From the NCBI GenBank assembly GCA_963724765.1, contig CAVRVY010000004.1, positions 480,001 through 544,000 of the forward strand: DNA of 64,000 bases. Reading direction: 5' to 3'. This document shows positions 27,451 through 40,468 of this stretch, piece after piece (position 1 is the stretch's first letter; each line of letters opens with the position of its first letter). The notes beneath the pieces are model-generated. The model saw nothing but the letters and a program-made list of their open reading frames with translations, had not been told where the DNA came from and searched no databases. This DNA comes from an uncultured delta proteobacterium. Its GTDB lineage: Bacteria; Desulfobacterota; Binatia; Binatales; Binataceae. The position numbers and the translations under genes are program-made.

Positions 27451-28287
27451 ATGGCTGCCTCTCCTATAGCCTTGGTCGAAACCGTCGCGCGCGCTGCCGC
27501 CGGCGCACCTCTTTGTACCCTTACCGATCGACAAATAGCTGAATTTTCAGGGGTCTATCGCGGCCGCGAGCTTACTCGCAAAGATCGACGCCTAAACTCT
27601 GGGATCCCAGCGCTCGACGCCATCCTGGATGGCGGCATTGCCCGCGGCCGGGTGAGCGAAATCGTCGGGCGGCCCGGATTTGGGCGAACTTCACTCGCCG
27701 CCTCTTTCGCAGCTATTGCCACCCGGCGCGGCGAGGTCGCGGCGTGGATCGATTCGGCGGATGCGTTCGATCCGCGCAGTATCGCTGCGGCGGGTGCGGA
27801 CCTTTCGCGGATTCTCTGGGTCGGCGCCGACGCAGCGGTGCGTGTGCGCGATTCGGCCGAATCGCCGGCCGCTGAATTTGCGCCCGCGCGATCCAACGCA
27901 TCGCCGAAGGCGGGAATTAAACCGGTGCTGTTGGCGGCCGAGATGGTTTTAGGCGCGGGCGGCTTCGGCCTGGTCGTAATCGATATTGGCGGCCACGCGC
28001 GGACGCTCACGTTGAGCGCGGCGCTTAGGCTGGCGCGCGCGGCCGAGCGCAGCGGCGCCGCCGTGATCGTCCTGGCCGAGCGCCGGACGTGCGGAACCTT
28101 CGCCGCGCTCAGCCTCGTGTTCGGGCGCATCCGCCCCTTCTTCAGCCGCATGGCGCCGGGCGCTCCGGCGTTGTTCGACGGAACACGGGTCGAGGCGTAC
28201 GTGGCGCGCAACAAGCTCGGCGGCTCGGGCCAGGCGGCAGTATGGCGCGCCGCAACGCACGCACAACTTCCTTGCCGCTCGCAGTGA
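27451..28287 (+). CDS. imuA: ImuA, RecA-like mutasome accessory protein
   Basis: SGIPALDAILDGGIARGRVSEIVG, degenerate Walker A GRPGFGRTS, WIDSADAFDP, LVVID; first gene of the cassette. Confidence 0.88.
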   Translation: MAASPIALVETVARAAAGAPLCTLTDRQIAEFSGVYRGRELTRKDRRLNSGIPALDAILDGGIARGRVSEIVGRPGFGRTSLAASFAAIATRRGEVAAWIDSADAFDPRSIAAAGADLSRILWVGADAAVRVRDSAESPAAEFAPARSNASPKAGIKPVLLAAEMVLGAGGFGLVVIDIGGHARTLTLSAALRLARAAERSGAAVIVLAERRTCGTFAALSLVFGRIRPFFSRMAPGAPALFDGTRVEAYVARNKLGGSGQAAVWRAATHAQLPCRSQ

Positions 28288-30128
28288 TCGAACGACGCCT
28301 ATCGCCAAAAACTACTATCGCCGGCGCCGCCGAAGCGGCGCGCGATCCGTTTTTGCCGCCGCCGCACGGCGTCCGTGCTGATACCATCGCGTCCGCAGCA
28401 AGCCCCCGGATCGCATGCATCCTGGTCGCGGATTTTCCGCTCGCCGCGGCGATACGCCAGAGCCCCGAGCTGCGCGACCGGCCGCTGGTGCTGATTGAAT
28501 CGGCGGGGCGGCGCGAGGCGGCCGGCGGCGCCAACATGGATTGCCGCTTCGTGTCGGCGCACGCGCGGGCGATGGGTGTGCGCACCGGTATGACAGTGGC
28601 ACGCGCGCGCGCGACCGCCGCGGGACTGGCCGTGATGAGCCGCTCGCCCGCGGCAGAAGCGTCCGCCGCCGAGGCGCTGATCGATGTCGCCTTTTCGTTC
28701 TCGCCGCTGGTCGAGGCCGGCGCCGCCGGCGAAGTTTATCTCGACCTCGGCGGCCTTGAGCGGCTCCATCAGCGGCGCCGTGCCAATTCGTATCGCGAGG
28801 GCGCGAGCACTGGTACGAGCGAATCATCATTACCGTCGGAGATGATGGAATCGCCGTCGGAGATGACGGATATCGAAACGATCGAGACTTGGCTTGCGCA
28901 GGAAGCGCTGGGGCGCGTGGCGCGGCTCGGAATGGACGCGGCGGTCGGAATCGCGTCGAGCAAGGAGGTCGCATTGCTGGCGGCGCGATGCGGTGGGGCG
29001 CGTGCGATCGCAGCGGCCCGCGAGGAGGAGTTCCTCAACTGGCTGCCGCTCGACCTGCTCAAGCTTGACGGCGGCGCGGGCGGCGGCGGCCACGACGGCG
29101 CGGAGCTGGAGCAGACGCTCGCGCGATGGGGAATCCGGCGGCTGGGCGAGCTGGCGCGGCTGGATATTCGCGCGGTCGGCAGCCGGCTCGGCGCCGGCGC
29201 GGTCGAGCTGATACGGATCGCGCGCGGCGAGTGCCGCACGCCGCTGATCGCGCGCCGGGCAGCCGAAAATTTCGCCGAGGCGGTCGAACTCGAATGGGGC
29301 GTGGACAGCCTCGAGGCGATGGGCTTCGTGATGCGCGCGATGCTCGAGCGGGTGGTCGAGCGGCTCAAGCTACGCGGGATGGCGGCCGGCGAAATTGCGC
29401 TCGCGCTCGAACTCGACGGTCGCCGCCGCGACCTTCGCCGCGTCGCGCTGCCCGCGCCGACCAACGAAGCGCGCACGCTGCTCGCGCTCAGCCTGCTCAA
29501 CCTCGAAGCCGCGCCGCCGGCCGCGGCGGTGGAAGCCATCCGTATCACGATCGTGCCGCGCGCGCCGCGCGCGGCACAGGCTGACATGTTCGCTCCGCCC
29601 TGCCCTACGCCCGAGCGGCTGCACGTCACGCTCGCGCGGCTGGCCGCGCTATGCGGTCCGGGGAAAGTGGGCACGCTGATGCCGCGCAACTCTCATCTGC
29701 CGGGCGCGGTCGAGCTTGGCCCGTTCGCGCCGGGTCCGGCCGTCGCGCCGTCGCTAGCGCAAAACGGCACGGCGGCGTTGGCGAATCACGACGTCGTGCA
29801 AAGCCCCGTCGCGGCAGGCGCCTCCGTGGCGCAACTGGCGATACGGGCGGTTCGGCCGCCGCATCAGGTCGAAGTGTTATGCACTCGCGGCGACGCGCCG
29901 GAGTACGTACGCGGCGCGGACTTCGGCGGGCGCGTGGTTTCGTGCGCGGGGCCATGGCGGATCGCGGCAGCGCCGTCGCATATCGACAATGGCGGCGGCG
30001 ACAATCATCAGGGAGCGCCCGGCGCGGCGCGCGATTACTACGACGTCGCGCTGGAGGACGGCGGCGTGTACCGGCTGCTATGCGACCTGCGCTCGGGCGA
30101 ATGGTACGTCGATGGAATTTACGACTAA
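28284..30128 (+). CDS. imuB: ImuB, catalytically inactive Y-family polymerase
   Basis: Y-family remnants (GVRTGMTVARARA, FSPLVE, VYLDL, WGIRRLGELA), clamp-like motif QADMF, C-terminal GPWR...RDYY...WYVDGIYD. GTG start overlaps the imuA stop. Confidence 0.9.
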   Translation: MIERRLSPKTTIAGAAEAARDPFLPPPHGVRADTIASAASPRIACILVADFPLAAAIRQSPELRDRPLVLIESAGRREAAGGANMDCRFVSAHARAMGVRTGMTVARARATAAGLAVMSRSPAAEASAAEALIDVAFSFSPLVEAGAAGEVYLDLGGLERLHQRRRANSYREGASTGTSESSLPSEMMESPSEMTDIETIETWLAQEALGRVARLGMDAAVGIASSKEVALLAARCGGARAIAAAREEEFLNWLPLDLLKLDGGAGGGGHDGAELEQTLARWGIRRLGELARLDIRAVGSRLGAGAVELIRIARGECRTPLIARRAAENFAEAVELEWGVDSLEAMGFVMRAMLERVVERLKLRGMAAGEIALALELDGRRRDLRRVALPAPTNEARTLLALSLLNLEAAPPAAAVEAIRITIVPRAPRAAQADMFAPPCPTPERLHVTLARLAALCGPGKVGTLMPRNSHLPGAVELGPFAPGPAVAPSLAQNGTAALANHDVVQSPVAAGASVAQLAIRAVRPPHQVEVLCTRGDAPEYVRGADFGGRVVSCAGPWRIAAAPSHIDNGGGDNHQGAPGAARDYYDVALEDGGVYRLLCDLRSGEWYVDGIYD

Positions 30129-30154
30129 CCGTCGCTGAGCGCGGCGAGCCCCTC

Positions 30155-33529
<3,375 letters not shown>

Positions 33530-33562
33530 CGCTTTTGTCTGTGCACCGATGTACTACTCAGA

Positions 33563-33937
33563 TTAATCGATCGCCGTAACGAGGATCAGTGCGCTCTCCT
33601 GCAAAGCCTCGACACTATGAGCGACTTCGCGGTCCAAGCCCACCATGTCGCCGGCCGAGATCACGCGTTGGTCTGCGCCGGCGCTGAAGCGAATGGAGCC
33701 GGAGACAACTTGGACGGCGATTGGACCCTTTGTGCGATGCTCATGCAGGTGGGCGCCCTTTTTGAGGACCATCAGCAGGACATTCAAAGCAGCATCTTTT
33801 ACGAGGCTTGTGGCGTGACGATCCCCGGACTTCCATGCGGCCGCGTCCTTGAGACGCGCAATTTCGTCAGCAATCCTGACCGTGGTCATTCCGCCCGCAG
33901 CGGGACGAAGGGCTTCTCTCCTATGTTCGTTCGTCAT
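33563..33937 (-). CDS. Cupin domain protein
   Basis: GAHLHEH...GPIAVQVVSG...HSVEA. ATG 33937 with GGAG RBS; ORF track start is 33952. Confidence 0.85.
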   Translation of the reverse strand: MTNEHRREALRPAAGGMTTVRIADEIARLKDAAAWKSGDRHATSLVKDAALNVLLMVLKKGAHLHEHRTKGPIAVQVVSGSIRFSAGADQRVISAGDMVGLDREVAHSVEALQESALILVTAID

Positions 33938-34120
33938 CTTGAAACGCTCCAATTGTGCGCAACCAATTTTTCAAGGCCTTGAGCGAGCAGGGCTTGCCTC
34001 GCAAGTGTTGGGCATGGAAATTCGGCGCGTTCAGAGCCTATACAACACCATCGCACGGCGCGTTCATAACATCCAGAGAGATCGAAGTGGTCGATACCGC
34101 CGCCGATCAAGGAGTTGCGA

Positions 34121-36421
34121 ATGGCAGAAGTTGAAATCCTCTCACCGTGGTGGCGGCGCTCAGCGATCATCGTGATCGTGCTGTGCTTTTGCGTGCTCGG
34201 ATGCCTCGCGAAGCTGGCCTACTCCAACGCACCACCGATTCCCGAGCGCGTCGTGGGACCGGACGGAGCAGTATTGTTCACGAACGCCGATATCGCGCTC
34301 GGCCAGCAAGTCTTTCTTCGCTACGGCCTGATGGAAAACGGCACGATCTGGGGACACGGAGCGTATCTCGGACCCGACTTCTCGGCTGACTATTTGCACA
34401 CGCTCGCGCTCGACACAGAGAAGGCTGTCGCCGAGCGCCAGGGCTTCGTCATGCGGACGGCGCTCCCGCCCAACCAGCGATTGATCGTCAACGCGGAAGT
34501 CGCGCGGTTGCTCAAGCAGAATCGCTACGACCCAGTCTCGAAAACTCTTACCTTGACCGAGGCGGAGGCCGCGTCATACCAGCGGCAGATCGGCCTATGG
34601 GCGAAATATTTCAATGATCCTAAAGACGATGGCGGCCTTCCACGCGATTACATCAGTGACCCTGCGCAGCTTCGCCAACTGACCTCGTTCTTCGCGTGGG
34701 CGGCGTGGGCTTCGGTCGCGGATCGGCCCGGGCATAACTACTCGTACACCAACAATTTTCCGTATGATCCCGCGGTCGGAAACGCCCCGACCAGCGGCGC
34801 CGTGCTATGGAGCGCCCTCAGCCTGATCACGCTGCTCGGGGCGACCGCGGCAGTGCTGTTCGCGTTCGGCCGCTTCGACTTCCTCGGATGGCGCCGGCAG
34901 CGCGGCCATGTGCATCCCAGGATGCTGGCTGGAGTTACGACGCCGAGCCAACGGGCCACGATCAAATACTTTGCCGTCGTCGCGCTGCTGTTCCTGGCGC
35001 AGACTCTGGTCGGTGGCGCCACCGCGCACTATCGCGTCGACGCGGGCAGTTTCTACGGAATCGATCTCTCGGCGATTTTGCCGAGCCAGATCCTGCGCAC
35101 GTGGCATCTCCAGCTCGCGATTTTCTGGATCGCGGCATCGTACGTCGCGGGCGGACTATTCCTGGCTCCGTCGATTGGAGGCCACGAACCGCGCGCGCAG
35201 TATCTGTGGGTCAACGTGCTGTTCGTCGCGCTCGTATCAGTCGTCGTCGGGAGCCTGCTTGGCGAATTCGCCGGAGTGCATCAGTGGATGGGGCGGCTGT
35301 GGAGCTGGTTCGGCGATCAAGGATGGGAATACCTCGACCTCGGACGCGCATGGCAGATCATGCTCGCCGCCGGTCTCGTGCTGTGGGTCGTACTGCTGTA
35401 CCGCGCGATCGCACCGCGGCTGAGCGGCCACGAATCGAGTGAACTTTCCGGCCTGTTCATCGCCGCGGCGGTCACGATTCCGGTCTTTTACGTGCCGGCG
35501 TTCTTTTACAACACTGCGTCGAACTTCGCAGTCGTCGACCTGTGGCGATTCTGGGTCATCCATCTCTGGGTGGAGAATTTTCTCGAGCTGTTCGTGACCT
35601 GCGCGGTCGCGATCACTTTCTACCAGCTCGGGATCGTTTCAAACACGACCGCGTCCCGGGTCGTCTATCTTGACGCGCTACTCTATCTCGGCAGCGGCAT
35701 CATCGGCACCGGCCATCACTGGTACTTCACCGGTCAGGCGCAGATCGCGATGGCGCTCAGTGCGGTCTTTTCGGCGATGGAAGTCGTGCCGCTAACGCTG
35801 CTGACGCTCGACGCCTGGGATTTTATCGCGCTCACGCGCGCCCGCTGCGATATTTGCGGCGAGGAACTCGCCGTGCCGCATCGATGGACGTTCTACTTCC
35901 TTATAGCAGTGGGAGTCTGGAATTTCGTCGGCGCCGGTGTGTTCGGATTCTTAATCAATCTGCCGATCGTGAGCTACTTCGAGGCCGGTACGATGCTCAC
36001 GCCGAATCATGCGCATGCGGCGTTCATGGGGGTCTTCGGGATGCTCGCGGTTGCGTTGATGGTCTTTGCCTTCCGGCAGGTCACGCCCGACGAGCGATGG
36101 CCTGATACGGAAAAGTATATTCGTGTTTCGTTCTGGGGACTGAACGTGGGGCTTGCGATGATGATCGCGGGCGATCTGTTTCCGGGAGGGGTTCTTCAGC
36201 TCTATGACGTGCTGCAAAACGGCTACTGGCACGCGCGTAGCGCGGCGTTCGGGCACAGCCCAATCATGCACGCGCTCGAATGGGCGCGGCTTCCGGGCGA
36301 TCTCATTTTCATCGCAGCCGGCGTGGTCCCGCTGGTGATCGCAGCATTGAAGACCTATGTCGGTCTCCGTAGAGGGACCGACGGGACGTCGGAAAAGGAT
36401 GTCGCGGGCGAGGCCGCATGA
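34121..36421 (+). CDS. norB: Quinol-dependent nitric oxide reductase (qNor)
   Basis: GTIWGHGAYLGPDFSADYLH, YTNNFP, RTWHLQ, HLWVE, GTGHHWY, EVVPL, HAHAAFMG, RLPGD; AAGGAG RBS. Confidence 0.95.
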   Translation: MAEVEILSPWWRRSAIIVIVLCFCVLGCLAKLAYSNAPPIPERVVGPDGAVLFTNADIALGQQVFLRYGLMENGTIWGHGAYLGPDFSADYLHTLALDTEKAVAERQGFVMRTALPPNQRLIVNAEVARLLKQNRYDPVSKTLTLTEAEAASYQRQIGLWAKYFNDPKDDGGLPRDYISDPAQLRQLTSFFAWAAWASVADRPGHNYSYTNNFPYDPAVGNAPTSGAVLWSALSLITLLGATAAVLFAFGRFDFLGWRRQRGHVHPRMLAGVTTPSQRATIKYFAVVALLFLAQTLVGGATAHYRVDAGSFYGIDLSAILPSQILRTWHLQLAIFWIAASYVAGGLFLAPSIGGHEPRAQYLWVNVLFVALVSVVVGSLLGEFAGVHQWMGRLWSWFGDQGWEYLDLGRAWQIMLAAGLVLWVVLLYRAIAPRLSGHESSELSGLFIAAAVTIPVFYVPAFFYNTASNFAVVDLWRFWVIHLWVENFLELFVTCAVAITFYQLGIVSNTTASRVVYLDALLYLGSGIIGTGHHWYFTGQAQIAMALSAVFSAMEVVPLTLLTLDAWDFIALTRARCDICGEELAVPHRWTFYFLIAVGVWNFVGAGVFGFLINLPIVSYFEAGTMLTPNHAHAAFMGVFGMLAVALMVFAFRQVTPDERWPDTEKYIRVSFWGLNVGLAMMIAGDLFPGGVLQLYDVLQNGYWHARSAAFGHSPIMHALEWARLPGDLIFIAAGVVPLVIAALKTYVGLRRGTDGTSEKDVAGEAA

Positions 36422-36567
36422 GCGCCGGCTCGTCGCGAACCAGCGCACCGGTTCGGTTCTTCGGCCGCGCCGGCCGCGAACTCGTACTCGTGCTCCACGC
36501 ACCTTGAGCTTTTCATCGAGTCAACTGTGAGCTAAGGACCAAGGCTGGACCCAAAGCGAGGCACACG

Positions 36568-37425
36568 ATGGATTTGAACACGCAGCGACAAAAGGCCGAG
36601 GCTTTCCGCCGTATGCACAACCGCTCGCGCATCCTGGTGCTGGTCAACGTGTGGGACGCGATGAGCGCCCGCGCGGTCGAAGAGGCCGGGGGCCCCGCGA
36701 TCGCCACCAGCAGCGCCACGCTGGCGCATTCGATCGGCTACGCCGACGGCGAGTCCGCGCCGCGCGCTGAATTTGTCGCCGCAATCGCGAGAATCGCGCG
36801 CGCGGTCGACGCTCCCGTCACTGCCGACATCGAGTCCGGCTTCGGGCGCACACCGGCCGAGATCGCCGAGACCGTCCGGATGGTGGTCGAGGCGGGCGCG
36901 GTGGGAATCAATCTCGAGGACGGCATGCAGGAGCGCCGCGGCGAGCTCTACGAGGTCGCGCAGGCGCTCGAGCGCCTTGACGCGGCGCGCGAGGCGGGCG
37001 CGAAGGCCGGCGTGCCGATCGTCATCAACGCGCGCACCGACGTCTTCCTGCTCAGCGTTGGCCCCGCTGAGGAGCGCCTCGCCCACGCGGTGCGGCGCGC
37101 CAATAGCTACCGCGAAGCGGGCGCCGATTGCCTATTCGTCCCGGGTGTGCGCGACGCCCCCACGATCGGCGCGCTGGCGACGCAAATCAACGGACCGATC
37201 AACATCCTGGCGCACCCGATTTCACCGCCGGTCGGCGAACTGGAGCGCCTGGGCGTGGCGCGCGTCAGCGTCGGTTCATGGCCGGGACTCGCGGCGCTCA
37301 CGCTGGCGCGCAATATCGCGCAAGAGTTACTCGGCGCGGGGACATATACGTTCGCGGTCGGCGCGATCAGCTATCCAGAGGCGAACGCGATGATGAAACG
37401 GCGCGGACCCGCGCCACGCTCGTAG
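36568..37425 (+). CDS. Isocitrate lyase/PEP mutase family protein
   Basis: NVWDAMSA, ATSS, ADIESGFG, GINLED, INARTD, AGADCLFVPG. Confidence 0.92.
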   Translation: MDLNTQRQKAEAFRRMHNRSRILVLVNVWDAMSARAVEEAGGPAIATSSATLAHSIGYADGESAPRAEFVAAIARIARAVDAPVTADIESGFGRTPAEIAETVRMVVEAGAVGINLEDGMQERRGELYEVAQALERLDAAREAGAKAGVPIVINARTDVFLLSVGPAEERLAHAVRRANSYREAGADCLFVPGVRDAPTIGALATQINGPINILAHPISPPVGELERLGVARVSVGSWPGLAALTLARNIAQELLGAGTYTFAVGAISYPEANAMMKRRGPAPRS

Positions 37426-37435
37426 GAGGCGCGGA

Positions 37436-38398
37436 ATGCGCGTGAGTGTGGCGCGAAAATCAGACCAGGCGCCGCGCGTATCGGCGCGCCGCGAGGCGTC
37501 GTTCGAGCTCGAGTTGCCGGGCCCGTTCGATCCGGTGGCGTCGCTCGAGATGTTTCGCCGCTCGGGCGATGACCTGCTCGATCGCTGGGACGGCAGGACT
37601 TTCGTGCGCACGATAGCGATCGACGGACGCACAGTCGCCGTCGCCACGGCGTTCGCGGGAACCCGGGCCCGCCCCGCGATTCGCGTGACCGTCGACGATC
37701 ACGAGTACGCCGGCGGGGTCCTCGCCTCTGCACGCGCGACCTTCGTGCCGCCGCCGCGCCACTTTGCGGAATTGCGCCGCGCCGACCTGCTCCTCGCACG
37801 CCTGGAGGCGCGTTATCGCGGCTTCAGGCCGGTGCTGCAACCGAATCTGCTGGTCGCGCTCGTGCGATGTATCAGCGCTCAGCAGGTCAACCTGCGATGG
37901 GCCTGCGAAACGCGACGCCGACTGGCCGAGCGCTTCGGCGACAAACACGTCGTTGACGGCGCAATCGTTTACAGCCTGAGCGCCGAGCGTCTGGCCAGCG
38001 CCGCGCCCGCCGAGATTCGCGCGCTTCAGTTCACCAATCGCAAGGCCGAGTATATCGTCGCCGTGGCGCAGGCCGTCGCGTGCGGCCAGGTAAGCCTGCA
38101 GCGGTTCGCGGCGCTCTCCGATGCCGCGGTAATCGACGAACTGGTCGCACTTCGCGGAATTGGCGTGTGGACCGCGGAATGGATTCTGGCGCGCACGCTG
38201 GGGCGGCCGCGCGTCGTTGCCGGCGATCTCGGCGTGCGCAAAGCGATCGGTATCGCCTATCGCAAGGGCGTGATGCCGTCCGAGGACGAGGTTCGCGATC
38301 TCACCGCGCATTGGCACGTCTCGGCCGCGCATGCGCAGGCGTTGTTATTGCACGGGCTGGGAGAGAGAGAGCTCGAAGCGCTGGCCGCGGCGCGCTAA
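37436..38398 (+). CDS. alkA: DNA-3-methyladenine glycosylase (AlkA family)
   Basis: ISAQQV, helix-hairpin-helix LRGIGVWTAE, GDLGV; AGGAGG RBS. Confidence 0.88.
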   Translation: MRVSVARKSDQAPRVSARREASFELELPGPFDPVASLEMFRRSGDDLLDRWDGRTFVRTIAIDGRTVAVATAFAGTRARPAIRVTVDDHEYAGGVLASARATFVPPPRHFAELRRADLLLARLEARYRGFRPVLQPNLLVALVRCISAQQVNLRWACETRRRLAERFGDKHVVDGAIVYSLSAERLASAAPAEIRALQFTNRKAEYIVAVAQAVACGQVSLQRFAALSDAAVIDELVALRGIGVWTAEWILARTLGRPRVVAGDLGVRKAIGIAYRKGVMPSEDEVRDLTAHWHVSAAHAQALLLHGLGERELEALAAAR

Positions 38399-38550
38399 GC
38401 GACGTTCCTCCTCTGCTGTCTTGTTTCGGGCACGCTTTGCCCCGCCGCGCACTCGACCACCGTGGCTAGCGCGCCCGCCTAACGCCGACGCGGCGGAATG
38501 CGCTATTGTGCGCAACGGATTCGGGGACCGAATCGCGCGATAGAGGTCGC

Positions 38551-39312
38551 ATGAAGCTTGCCAACAAGGTTGCGCTGATAACGGGCGCGGGCTCCGGGAT
38601 GGGCCGCGCAAGCGCACTGCTGTTCGCGCTCGAGGGCGCCAAAGTCGGCGTCGTCGATATCGACCGGCACGCGGCCGCCCAGACCGCGCGCGAGATCGAG
38701 ACGGCCGGCGGCAAGGCGATCGCGCTCGGCGCCGACGTCTCAAAAAAGGAAGACGCACAGGCGATGGTCGCCGCGACGGTCGAAAAACTGGGCGTGCCGG
38801 ACATCGTGTACAACAACGCCGGGATCGAGGGCGAGAGCGCGTTCATGGCACAGCTCAGCGAGGACGCCTTCGACCGGGTGATCGCGGTCAACTTGCGCGG
38901 CGTATGGCTCGGGATGAAGTACGCACTGCCGCACATGGTGAAGAAGGGCGGCGGCTCGATCATCAACACCGCCTCGATCGCGGGCATGGTGGCGATCCGC
39001 GGCGCGACCACCTACTGCGCGGCCAAGGCCGGCGTGATCGCGCTCACCCGCGTCGCCGCGCTCGAATATGGCCGCTACAATATCCGCGTCAACTGCATCT
39101 GCCCCGGCACGATCGATACGCCGATGGTAAGGCGCATCCATGGCGCGGAAGGTGAGTTGCCGCAGCGCGCGCTGGGGCCGTCCGCGTCGGTGCTGGGCCG
39201 CGCGGCCGAACCCGAGGAGATTGCCAGGATGGCGCTATTCCTGGGGAGCGACGATTCGTCGTTCGCAACCGGCGCACCGTTCGTGGTCGACGGCGGATGG
39301 ACGGTCGCCTGA
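38551..39312 (+). CDS. Short-chain dehydrogenase/reductase
   Basis: TGAGSGMG, NNAG, YCAAK, PGTIDT, DGG. Confidence 0.95.
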   Translation: MKLANKVALITGAGSGMGRASALLFALEGAKVGVVDIDRHAAAQTAREIETAGGKAIALGADVSKKEDAQAMVAATVEKLGVPDIVYNNAGIEGESAFMAQLSEDAFDRVIAVNLRGVWLGMKYALPHMVKKGGGSIINTASIAGMVAIRGATTYCAAKAGVIALTRVAALEYGRYNIRVNCICPGTIDTPMVRRIHGAEGELPQRALGPSASVLGRAAEPEEIARMALFLGSDDSSFATGAPFVVDGGWTVA

Positions 39313-39369
39313 GCAAGCGTGGCAGCGGCGGCGCCGCATCAATCGCGGCATAAAGAGGAGAAACTCACG

Positions 39370-40440
39370 ATGGCATCAGCGGGCGAGATCGACAGGGAAA
39401 AAGCCAAACAGGTCGCGCAACAGATCATGGGCGACGTCGCGAGCGCGATGCACAGCGCGATGAGTTTTATCGGCGACCGGCTCGGCCTGTTCAAGGCGAT
39501 GAAGGACGCCGGACCGCTCACGGTCGAACAGCTCGCCGCGAAGACCGGACTCAACCAGCGTTACCTGCAGGAATGGCTGAACTCGATGGCGGCGGCGCAG
39601 TACCTCGAATACAACCCGTCCGGGCCTACCTACCTGCTCACCCCCGAGTACGCGGTAGCGCTGGCGGAGGAGGGCTCGCCCTACTTCGTGGGTTCGTATT
39701 TCCAGGTCGTGCAGGCGACAATGTCGGTCGCGCCCAAGGTGGCCGAGGCGTTTCGCACCGGCGGCGGACTCACTCAGGCCGACTATCCGACGTGGATGTT
39801 CGAGGCGACCGAGCGCAATTCGCTGCCACGCTACCAGTTCAAGCTCGCGCGCAAATGGATTCCGGCGATGCCACAAGTGGTTGAGCGCCTGCAGCGCGGC
39901 GGGGTCGCGGCGGACGTCGGATGCGGCGGCGGGCGCGCGGCGATCCTGATGGCCAAGGCATTCCCGAACTCGCGCGTGTTCGGCTTCGATCTCCACGCCG
40001 AGTCGATCGAGCGCGCGCGGCGCAATGCAGCCGAGGCCGGCGTCGCCGATCGCGTAACCTTCGAGGTTGCCAACGGGTCGCAGCTACCCGCCAACAAATT
40101 CGACCTCGTCACGACTTTCGACGTCGTCCATGATTCGGTCGATCCGGTCGGGCTGATGCGTTCGATCGGCCGCTCGCTGACGTCCGGCGGCACCTACCTC
40201 GTGCAGGAAATCAACGTCTCGTCCAAGGTCGAAGAAAACGTCAAACCGATGGGCAAGCTGATTTACTCGGTCAGCACGCTCTACTGCATGACCACGTCGC
40301 TGGCGCATGGCGGCGCGGGAATCGGCGCCGCGATGGGCGAACCCAAGGCGCGCGAACTGGCGGCCGCCTCCGGCTTCACGCATTTCCGCAAGCTCCCCAT
40401 CGAGGATGAGTTCGCGGTCCTCTACGAGCTGATGGTCTAG
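39370..40440 (+). CDS. Class I SAM-dependent methyltransferase with N-terminal winged helix
   Basis: GDRLGLFKAM...RYLQEWL N-terminal domain, DVGCGGG, FDVVHD; GAGGAG RBS. Confidence 0.9.
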   Translation: MASAGEIDREKAKQVAQQIMGDVASAMHSAMSFIGDRLGLFKAMKDAGPLTVEQLAAKTGLNQRYLQEWLNSMAAAQYLEYNPSGPTYLLTPEYAVALAEEGSPYFVGSYFQVVQATMSVAPKVAEAFRTGGGLTQADYPTWMFEATERNSLPRYQFKLARKWIPAMPQVVERLQRGGVAADVGCGGGRAAILMAKAFPNSRVFGFDLHAESIERARRNAAEAGVADRVTFEVANGSQLPANKFDLVTTFDVVHDSVDPVGLMRSIGRSLTSGGTYLVQEINVSSKVEENVKPMGKLIYSVSTLYCMTTSLAHGGAGIGAAMGEPKARELAAASGFTHFRKLPIEDEFAVLYELMV

Positions 40441-40468
40441 CGGGACACCGGACGAAACGAGGCAATCG

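Noticed and set aside
33939-33952. FNR/DNR-like TTGA-N6-CCAA between the cupin and qNor genes
   Set aside because: A poor match to TTGAT-N4-ATCAA, and it overlaps the cupin RBS.
34121-36421. Possible nitric oxide dismutase (Nod)
   Set aside because: The GTGHH His pair, EVVPL Glu and quinol-site His/Asp are retained, whereas Nod proteins substitute such residues.
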